From positions 33,930 through 69,095 of the forward strand of contig DAZU01000043.1 in NCBI GenBank assembly GCA_002507425.1: DNA of 35,166 nucleotides, given 5' to 3'. Shown piece by piece: positions 8,646-16,085 of the stretch (its first letter is position 1; each line of letters opens with the position of its first letter). A model generated the notes under the pieces. The model was not told where the DNA came from. It did no database searches and worked only from the letters and a program-made list of their open reading frames with translations. The position numbers were made by a program, and so were the translations under genes. The stretch comes from Euryarchaeota archaeon UBA53. Lineage in GTDB: Archaea > Thermoplasmatota > Poseidoniia > Poseidoniales > Poseidoniaceae.

Positions 8646-8936
8646 CATGGGTGGACCCTCGTATTCATGAGCCAAATCCACTAACTTCCTCCGTCCCGTT
8701 TCCCCACGGCACCCATGGCCCCAGGTAGGGCTGCTCCGTTCCCGGCCTGACCTGTTCCCCCGGTTATCCATTTCCCGACTCCTTCCGGTTTCGGTGCATG
8801 ACACCCGAGTCACGTGGGGGCGAGACATCGACGTCCGCCAGTGGGAACTCATGAACCGGCTGAGCCGCTCCTTGGCTTTCGGACCGCCATTTGCGATTTG
8901 CGGAAGAGGGCACGCAAACTCCCCTCCTATCCCATG
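8646..8936 (-). ncRNA. ffs: Archaeal signal recognition particle (7S) RNA
   Basis: GC-rich island of about 290 nt. The minus strand contains the helix-8 signature CAGG-CCG-GGAA-CGG-AGCAG (about 8741-8759). The termini CATGGG (8936-8931) and CCCATG (8651-8646) can pair as helix 1, and the 5' part is Alu-like. Ends are approximate. Confidence 0.9.
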
Positions 8937-8973
8937 TATCCGTCTGTGATGGGTTTTTTGAACCCACCGACTA

Positions 8974-9363
8974 TCATTCACCAGTATCTTCTTCATATTT
9001 CGAGGGACAGCTGGTTTTTATTACCTCAGCTTCGAAAACCCAAACCTGACCGATTTTAGTTAATACTCCTTCAGCGTATACAGTTCGATTGTCATCCAAT
9101 CCATTTGATACTGATGCGCCTCGATAATCCACTTTAATTTGGTTGGATTCACCGTGAAGAATAAATGTGTAACTAAGGTTGTCAATAGATCCGTCCAATA
9201 CTTCTCCTCTGATAGCAATCTCACGTCCTTCAAGATTGTCTGGATTTTCCATTACCTCATCCACACTTCTTGTTGCCTCTGGCGCCTCAATCAGGAAGGT
9301 AGCAGTTAATGCAATTGTTAGGACTGCACCAATAATCAGAAGTTTAGCGCGATGCGTCAACAT
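8974..9363 (-). CDS. ccmE: Cytochrome c maturation heme chaperone CcmE (CxxxY variant)
   Basis: N-terminal TM anchor, OB-fold-like IRGEV..GSI and VYAEG..., and C-terminal FEAEVIKTSCPSKY. Confidence 0.85.
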   Translation of the reverse strand: MLTHRAKLLIIGAVLTIALTATFLIEAPEATRSVDEVMENPDNLEGREIAIRGEVLDGSIDNLSYTFILHGESNQIKVDYRGASVSNGLDDNRTVYAEGVLTKIGQVWVFEAEVIKTSCPSKYEEDTGE

Positions 9364-9369
9364 ACCAAT

Positions 9370-10434
9370 TCATCTCCTTGCTAGACCCACTGCCTCACTG
9401 ATTCCGGATAAACCCTCGTTACGGACCTTCTTTTCAAGACCATTGATAATTTGTTTAATCGAACCTGCACCGTTAAACACCAATGTAGAGTATATTTGCA
9501 AAAGACAAGCTCCATTAGTTATCTTTTCCCAAGCATCATCAGCACTTGTGATTCCACCTACGCCGATTATTGGCCAACTGCCATCGGTATGATCTGCTAT
9601 AAGACGAATAACTTCAGTTGAACGCACCCTCAATGGTTCTCCTGAAAGCCCGCCTGTCTCATTCATTGGTGGTTCTGAATTTGGTCGAGATGTCGTTGTA
9701 TTGGTTGCAACGATACCAGAACAACCCAAGTTCTTGGAAATATCCACAATAGCCAAAATTTGTTCATTGGCCAAATCGGGTGATATTTTTACTAAAATTG
9801 GTTTATTTTCAGAATATTGTTTTACCTCTGTTATTATCCGTTCTATATCGTCACGATTTTGTAAATCCCTCAAATTAGGTGTGTTGGGAGATGAAACGTT
9901 GATTATGAAACCGTCAACATATTTTGAACACCTTTTTACTGTCTTTCCATAATCCAAGTGGGCATTTTTAATTTCAGTGATCTTTGACTTACCGACGTTG
10001 AGAAATACAGGAATGTCTAGTTTTGGGGTCTTCTCAAGCGCACTAGCCATCTTCAAACTGCCCACATTATTGAAGCCCATCCGGTTGATAAGAGCCTTGT
10101 TTTTATTGGACCGAAACATTCGTGGCTTAACATTTCCACTTTGCTCGTGTTCGGTAACACCACCGACTTCTATGAAGCCAAACCCAAGAGATTGCCACCC
10201 GATTAATGCATCTGCATTTTTGTCCATACCTGCCGCTAATCCAAGAGGGTTGTCAAATTTGAAACCTAGAGAATCGCAAGGGAGTTTTTTCGGTCTGTAA
10301 AGTGTTTTGAGTACAAACCTTCCTAAGGAAAATTTTGAAGTTAATTTTAGGGACGTTATCGCCCTTTTGTGCGCTTTCTCACTATCCATCAAAGAAACAA
10401 TGGGTCTAGCAAACAGCCTAAAACCCAGTCCCAT
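9370..10434 (-). CDS. pyrD: Quinone-dependent dihydroorotate dehydrogenase (class 2)
   Basis: NPLGLAAGMDKN, KPRMFR, INRMGFNN, INVSSPNTPNLR, VKISPD, TNTT, GGLSG and IGVGGI. Confidence 0.96.
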   Translation of the reverse strand: MGLGFRLFARPIVSLMDSEKAHKRAITSLKLTSKFSLGRFVLKTLYRPKKLPCDSLGFKFDNPLGLAAGMDKNADALIGWQSLGFGFIEVGGVTEHEQSGNVKPRMFRSNKNKALINRMGFNNVGSLKMASALEKTPKLDIPVFLNVGKSKITEIKNAHLDYGKTVKRCSKYVDGFIINVSSPNTPNLRDLQNRDDIERIITEVKQYSENKPILVKISPDLANEQILAIVDISKNLGCSGIVATNTTTSRPNSEPPMNETGGLSGEPLRVRSTEVIRLIADHTDGSWPIIGVGGITSADDAWEKITNGACLLQIYSTLVFNGAGSIKQIINGLEKKVRNEGLSGISEAVGLARR

Positions 10435-10488
10435 GAGTTATGCTCGGGTTGCGTATGCTTCAAATCTTACCCCAGTCTGGGCGTTAAT

Positions 10489-10902
10489 ATGGACATTACA
10501 GATGTTAGGTGGCCATCGCTAAGAGAATCTGCAAGAAGATTCCTAAGCGCAACAAACACAGTGCTATTTGTGCCTATTGAGATTGTAACTGAGGCTCATA
10601 GATTAGTTCAAATAATAGCAGATAACGTTCCATCCAAATTAGATCTACCACTGGTTAGAGCTGGAGATTTCTCTGTTGAAGGATTGGCTTCATTTGGAAA
10701 AATTGAGCCAAAATTAGACATATGCTGGGTTCCAGGTTGTAATTGGAATGATTTTTTTACAACTGTGGTCCAACTTCTGGACGCAGGTTATCCAGGATGT
10801 ATTGGCTGCGGTGGTGTTAATCCGGATGAAGAGTGGAATGAAGCGGCCCGGAGAAGTCATTTTTTAGTGTTGAAAAATGACAAGAAAACTCTCAGGTACT
10901 AA
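10489..10902 (+). CDS. Hypothetical protein with C-terminal CxxC (GYPGCIGCGG)
   Basis: ORF fills the gap between divergent pyrD and topB. ATG 10489 is preceded by a promoter-like motif at -30. Confidence 0.7.
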   Translation: MDITDVRWPSLRESARRFLSATNTVLFVPIEIVTEAHRLVQIIADNVPSKLDLPLVRAGDFSVEGLASFGKIEPKLDICWVPGCNWNDFFTTVVQLLDAGYPGCIGCGGVNPDEEWNEAARRSHFLVLKNDKKTLRY

Positions 10903-10910
10903 AGTACCTG
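10893..10910. promoter_or_regulatory. Perfect 8-bp inverted repeat upstream of topB
   Basis: CAGGTACT-AA-AGTACCTG spans the upstream stop codon and lies about 25 nt before the putative topB TATA-like element. Confidence 0.35.
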
Positions 10911-10966
10911 TTGAAAAACCACACAAACCGAGCCTTCAAGTAATGCCGATTTTCCGACATTAAGTC

Positions 10967-13714
10967 ATGCCTGTCGTAATCATTGCCGAAAAACCGAGTG
11001 TTGCGGCAGATATCGCCAAGGTTCTTGGTGTAAGTTCCAAAGAGGATACGCACTACCATTCTGAAGACATATTAGTGACATGGGCGGTTGGCCATCTGTT
11101 AGAACTGAAAACTCCGGAAGAATATGATGAATCCCTAAAAAATTGGTTTAAATCAATCGATAAATTGCCATTCATACCAGAGAATTTTGAATTAAAGCCT
11201 ATAAAAGGGAGCAAGAATAGCAAGAAGCAATTAACCGCTATTAAGAAAATGATTACCTCAAAAGATTGCTCTGAAGTAATCAACGCTTGTGACGCAGCTA
11301 GGGAAGGGGAATTGATTTTCAGACGAATAGTAGAATTTGCAAAAGTAAAAGTTCCTATGTCAAGAATGTGGCTCCAGTCACTTACGAAGGATGCAATACA
11401 ATCATCTTACGATAACAGGTCGGCTTCTTCTGATTATCTACCCTTGAGAGATGCCGCAGTATCCCGCTCGGAAGCCGATTGGATTATCGGTATGAATGGA
11501 TCAAGAGTTGCTGCAACATTTTTGCGAACCAATCGTAACGACAAGAAATCTCTATCATTAGGTAGAGTCCAAACTGCTACATTGGCAATGATTGTTGATC
11601 ATGAAGTTGTAATCTTAGGACATAAACCTGAACCATTTTGGGAATTGGAAGCCTCGTTCGAGATAGGTGATGCTAGTTGGAGTGCCAGGTGGGAACGCAC
11701 AGGACACAAGGATAACCCCGAAAAACCTGAATATAAAGCTCACAGAATACAAACTGAGGACGAAAAATCCAATATTGAGGGCATTCTTAGCAAAAGTTCA
11801 GATTTCACGGCAGAGCAAATCGAGCGAAACGCAACCGAGAAGGCTCCTCTAAATTTTGACCTCACTAGTCTTCAAAGAGAAGCTAATAACGTTTGGTCAT
11901 GGTCTGCGAAAAGAACCCTATCAGTTGCCCAAGAACTATATGACACGCACAAGCTTACAACCTATCCAAGGACAGATTCTCGTTATTTACCCGAAGACAT
12001 GATGGAAAATATTTCAAAAACTATTCGACAACTTGGAGCACAGGAAAGTTTTCAACCACATTCATCAAATCTTATAGAGAATGGACTTGCCAATGTGAAT
12101 AGGAATTTTAACAGTAAAAAAGTATCTGACCATTTTGCGATTATCCCAACAGGTAAATTACCCGATGCAAAATTAAATGCAGACGCATCGAAATTGTATG
12201 ACTTAATCTCACGACAATTCCTAGCTTCATTCCATCCCGAAAGCGTTTGGAAAGTTGAAAAAAGAATTGTAAAGAAATCTGGTCACCAATTCATCAAGGA
12301 GGCTAGACACCTGTCTACACCGGGGTGGAGAGCAGTAAAACCAAAAAAGCAGAAATTACCAGACGGGTGGGGCAAATTACCACAAAGCCCATGCAAAGTT
12401 CAGATGACTGGATTTGAATTTAAAGAAGAAAAAACAAAACCGCCGGGTAGACTCAAAGAAGCAGGACTTCTGAGATTAATGGAGCACGCAGGGAAGAAGA
12501 TTGACGACGAGAATTTGGCTGCTGCCATGAAGGGGAAAGGATTAGGCACCCCAGCCACTAGAGCGGATACGATTGAAAAACTCATTTCGAGAGAATTCAT
12601 AAGACGTGGTAAAGGTGGCTCAATTCAAGCCACTGCTCACGGAATCAAGATTATCGATATTCTGCGTAAGATACCAGTAAACTGGATAACTTCACCACAA
12701 TTGACTGGTGAGATGGAAGCGAGACTCGATCAAGTTCAGCGAGGAAATGAGACTAGAGAATCTTACATGAACGCAGTAAAGGCACAGGTTCAGGAATTGG
12801 TTGACAAAATTAAAAATCATGATAGGTCAATCCTATATCAAAATGAGGAACCTCTCGGAAAGTGCCCAGTCTGCTCTGCGAACGTTGTAGAAACAATGAT
12901 TTCTTATATTTGTGAAAAAAATGAAGGCAGAAACAAAGGATGCAGCTTCGTGATGTGGAAAGACTCAAGCGGAAGGTGGTTTGATAGAAACACGACAACA
13001 AGACTTTTGACAGATAAATCAATTGAAAATTTGCATGGGTTTTTCTCTCGAAACGGAGAAGGATATGATACAGATGTTAAGATAGACGATTCTGGAAAGT
13101 TTGTTGTTGCAGGAGCGACTAAAGAGAGTGTCAAAGATACTGATTCTGAATTATGCGCTTGCCCCAAGTGTGATACGGGAACCATCAGAATCGGAACGAC
13201 CACATATGCTTGTGACATACCTGAATGCAAATTTAGAGGGCTTAGCAAAAATGTTTGCAAAAGAGATATTTCTGAAATCGAAGCCAAAAAAATTCTAACA
13301 GAGGGCAAGTCAGATCTCATCGAAAACTTCGTTTCGAAAAGAGGTAAAAATTTCTCAGCATTTTTAATCCTCGAGAAAGATAAAGTTGGATTTGAGTTCC
13401 CACCTAGAAAACCTCCAGCAGACGCTAAACGATTCCCGATTGTTGAAGGCATAGTAGGTATATGTCGGAAAACAAACGTTGGAATTGTCGAGACTGAGAC
13501 CCACTACATCGCTGAAAGTAATTCAGAGGGATGTAAGATTTCAATCCCTAGAGAAATTAGTAAAAGAGAGATTTCAAGGGAAGAAGCAAAACAACTTGTC
13601 GAAACTAACAAACTCGGCCCGTTCGATGATTTTACGTCAAAAGCTGGGAAGCCATTTTCTGCTTCTCTATACTTGAAAGCTAATGGTTCGGTCGGATACC
13701 GGTTTCAAAAATAG
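10967..13714 (+). CDS. topB: Type IA DNA topoisomerase III with C-terminal Zn-ribbon/Crpt repeats
   Basis: IAEKPSVA, TWAVGHL, NACDAAREGELIF, GRVQT, active-site TYPRTDS and GLGTPATRA, plus three C-terminal Cys-containing repeats ending in FxSK/RxGxxF/Y. Confidence 0.93.
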   Translation: MPVVIIAEKPSVAADIAKVLGVSSKEDTHYHSEDILVTWAVGHLLELKTPEEYDESLKNWFKSIDKLPFIPENFELKPIKGSKNSKKQLTAIKKMITSKDCSEVINACDAAREGELIFRRIVEFAKVKVPMSRMWLQSLTKDAIQSSYDNRSASSDYLPLRDAAVSRSEADWIIGMNGSRVAATFLRTNRNDKKSLSLGRVQTATLAMIVDHEVVILGHKPEPFWELEASFEIGDASWSARWERTGHKDNPEKPEYKAHRIQTEDEKSNIEGILSKSSDFTAEQIERNATEKAPLNFDLTSLQREANNVWSWSAKRTLSVAQELYDTHKLTTYPRTDSRYLPEDMMENISKTIRQLGAQESFQPHSSNLIENGLANVNRNFNSKKVSDHFAIIPTGKLPDAKLNADASKLYDLISRQFLASFHPESVWKVEKRIVKKSGHQFIKEARHLSTPGWRAVKPKKQKLPDGWGKLPQSPCKVQMTGFEFKEEKTKPPGRLKEAGLLRLMEHAGKKIDDENLAAAMKGKGLGTPATRADTIEKLISREFIRRGKGGSIQATAHGIKIIDILRKIPVNWITSPQLTGEMEARLDQVQRGNETRESYMNAVKAQVQELVDKIKNHDRSILYQNEEPLGKCPVCSANVVETMISYICEKNEGRNKGCSFVMWKDSSGRWFDRNTTTRLLTDKSIENLHGFFSRNGEGYDTDVKIDDSGKFVVAGATKESVKDTDSELCACPKCDTGTIRIGTTTYACDIPECKFRGLSKNVCKRDISEIEAKKILTEGKSDLIENFVSKRGKNFSAFLILEKDKVGFEFPPRKPPADAKRFPIVEGIVGICRKTNVGIVETETHYIAESNSEGCKISIPREISKREISREEAKQLVETNKLGPFDDFTSKAGKPFSASLYLKANGSVGYRFQK

Positions 13715-13759
13715 TTTTCTTGCACAAGGTTGACAATGTTGACACTATCAGAAGCTAAC

Positions 13760-14959
13760 ATGTACCAGGTTGTAATCATCGGCGCTGGGCCTATTGGTGG
13801 AAGACTGGCAACAGAACTTTCGTCAAGAGGGGTTTCAACTCTGATGATTGAGGAACACTCAGAAATAGGACGACCTTTTCAATGCGCAGGATTAGTAAAT
13901 CCACCAGCAATGGAAATGGTTGGACTCCATGACACAATTTTGCAAAGCGTGGATGGGGCTCTAATTCATTCACCCTCAGGCATTCTAGTTCCTGTTGGCA
14001 AAGATGGTAGAACGCGAACACATGTTGTCTGCAGAAAGAGGTTCGATCAAGGCGTTGTAGCCCAAGCAATGGATGCTGGTGCACACCTATGGTTACTATC
14101 CAAACCATTGGACGCCGTGGTTACAGACGACTGTGTTAAAATCAAAATCGAGCGGGAAGGAAAAATTGTTGACATTGAATGCGACTTACTAATTGGTGCA
14201 GACGGTGCACACTCATGGACAAGGAGATATTTCAAAATGGGCAGACCCAAAGAAATGATGATTGGTTTCCAAACCGATGTTACTGGTATGACTGGTAAGG
14301 ACAATTGGTTGGAAATGTATACAGGACGAGATTTCGCTCCTGGGTTGTTCGCATGGGTGATACCAACAGGAAACAATACTCACCGCATTGGGATGTGGGC
14401 TAGGCCGCAGGACCTTGATGGAAAAAGTGTTGAACAATGCTATCATGATTTAATCAACCACCCACTATGGAAGGAAAGATTTTCACAAGCGAAAGAAATA
14501 GCTAGGTATTGTGGACCAGTTCCATGCGGTATTATCAGGAAACCATATTCTGATCGCGTGATGGTTATCGGGGATGCAGCCGGAATGGCTAAACCTACAA
14601 CAGGAGGAGGTATTGGCCCTGGTTTTAGACAAATCGAAGCTATAATAGACAAATTAGTTTACAGCATAGAAAAAAATAAATTGAAATCTAATCATTTAGC
14701 GTCAGTCTGCAAGCCTTTCAAATCATTCAAGAAAGAACAAGACAGGGCACGAGCACTTAGAGATTTACTAGTCTCAATCCCAAGTGATGAAGAACTCGAT
14801 TCACACTTTAAAATGTTCAACAGGCCTGAAATTCTAGATTTAATAAATAAAGTGGGTGACATTGAACACCCGGTTCCCTTGGGAATGACGCTTCTTAGAA
14901 AAGTACCAGAATTTAGGAAACTTGCCGTCAGAGCAGGTTTCAAATTATTGTTCGCCTAG
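13760..14959 (+). CDS. Geranylgeranyl reductase family FAD-dependent oxidoreductase (DGGGPL reductase-like)
   Basis: IIGAGPIG, PFQCAG, RKRFD, IGADG, WVIP and GDAAGMAKPTTGGGI. The start could instead be 13730 or 13736. Confidence 0.88.
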   Translation: MYQVVIIGAGPIGGRLATELSSRGVSTLMIEEHSEIGRPFQCAGLVNPPAMEMVGLHDTILQSVDGALIHSPSGILVPVGKDGRTRTHVVCRKRFDQGVVAQAMDAGAHLWLLSKPLDAVVTDDCVKIKIEREGKIVDIECDLLIGADGAHSWTRRYFKMGRPKEMMIGFQTDVTGMTGKDNWLEMYTGRDFAPGLFAWVIPTGNNTHRIGMWARPQDLDGKSVEQCYHDLINHPLWKERFSQAKEIARYCGPVPCGIIRKPYSDRVMVIGDAAGMAKPTTGGGIGPGFRQIEAIIDKLVYSIEKNKLKSNHLASVCKPFKSFKKEQDRARALRDLLVSIPSDEELDSHFKMFNRPEILDLINKVGDIEHPVPLGMTLLRKVPEFRKLAVRAGFKLLFA

Positions 14960-14967
14960 GTGATCGC

Positions 14968-16047
14968 ATGGTTAAGATTCTACACAGAATTCGATACCCT
15001 CCCTTCGAGTCAACAAAGCTGGACGCAAGTAAAATCCCAGTTGTTGAATATGGATTTGAAATTGAAGGACCTGTCTTCCCCCCGTTTAAACTAGGAAACG
15101 ATGATTCCTGGCTCGTTGAGCGAATTATCGATGACGAATATGAGATAGATACTCAATATCATGGAGAAACTCCCCAAATCATAGAAAAACAACGAACAGG
15201 ATGGTATATGATGCCACACCCCATTCATGCAAAAGCAAGGAAGGTGATCAGTTACACTGTTGTTCTGTTATTATCTTGTTTGTTCTATCTTTTTACCACA
15301 CCTCTGCAGTCGTCACTTGGTATCCCAACATTTGGAACCGGTAAAATACGGTTGGGTTTACTAGATTATCCTGTATTGGTGGTGATAGTAGTACCGATGA
15401 TGATTGCTCCAATAATACTTCGAGTCGCTGCTAATTTGAGAGATCTGCGAAGGCAAAAATTCTTCCTCAGAAATTCACCACCACGTCCAAAAATTTCAGT
15501 TAAAGAAACTGTCTCAGGAGATGACTTAAACGGAAAAATCTCTATTGAAAACCCATTACCTGAATGGGAATCAATGACTTTATTCTGGCGTGTTGGTATC
15601 TTACCTCCTGCTAGGCACAAAGTATTCTCAGCTCTCGGCCTTAATCCAAACGGGCAACCTCCGCCAGGACTTACAACTCAACTTCCTCACCATTGGGAGA
15701 AAGGTCTTGATGATGGCACAGGTATGGGAGAGGATGCTCCTATGGAGAGACATGACGCTCCGGGAGGTGTGTTCTTGAGACCAATGCGAATAATGAGTCG
15801 TAGCGAAGGCAAGAATATGGACATACAAGGTGGCAATTTTTCATTAAAGAAACCACCCGGGAGTTGGCCTGGAACGGTTTACGGTGGCTTAGTTAGAGTA
15901 CACTGGGAACTCATTGTGAATATCCATAGAGGTAAGGGTGGGCCCTTACTATGGGTTGAACCACTAATAGTTGACCACTTGAGTGAAACTACTCACAACA
16001 ACGACATCAAGATTTTTGATGGTCGTAGTGAAACTTATACAATTTAA
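14968..16047 (+). CDS. Hypothetical membrane protein (2 TM, Pro/Gly-rich C-terminal domain)
   Basis: 359-aa ORF preceded by SD-like AGGTGA, with two hydrophobic segments. Confidence 0.7.
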   Translation: MVKILHRIRYPPFESTKLDASKIPVVEYGFEIEGPVFPPFKLGNDDSWLVERIIDDEYEIDTQYHGETPQIIEKQRTGWYMMPHPIHAKARKVISYTVVLLLSCLFYLFTTPLQSSLGIPTFGTGKIRLGLLDYPVLVVIVVPMMIAPIILRVAANLRDLRRQKFFLRNSPPRPKISVKETVSGDDLNGKISIENPLPEWESMTLFWRVGILPPARHKVFSALGLNPNGQPPPGLTTQLPHHWEKGLDDGTGMGEDAPMERHDAPGGVFLRPMRIMSRSEGKNMDIQGGNFSLKKPPGSWPGTVYGGLVRVHWELIVNIHRGKGGPLLWVEPLIVDHLSETTHNNDIKIFDGRSETYTI

Positions 16048-16085
16048 TGGAAGGTTTCATTTGTAAGTTAGTAACTCACACAAAC

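Noticed and set aside
8646-8936. RNase P RNA as the identity of the GC-rich island
   Set aside because: A GAGGAAGTT-like string is present, but at the wrong end and without the matching 3' P4 strand. The SRP helix-8 motif fits much better.
8568-9059. ORFs 8568-8996(-), 8764-8967(-) and 8814-9059(+)
   Set aside because: They arise from the GC-rich SRP RNA, have no protein-like motifs and overlap real genes.
13730-13744. Tandem TTGACA (bacterial -35-like) hexamers before the GGR gene
   Set aside because: The context is archaeal and there is no convincing -10 element. It is probably chance or part of the archaeal promoter.
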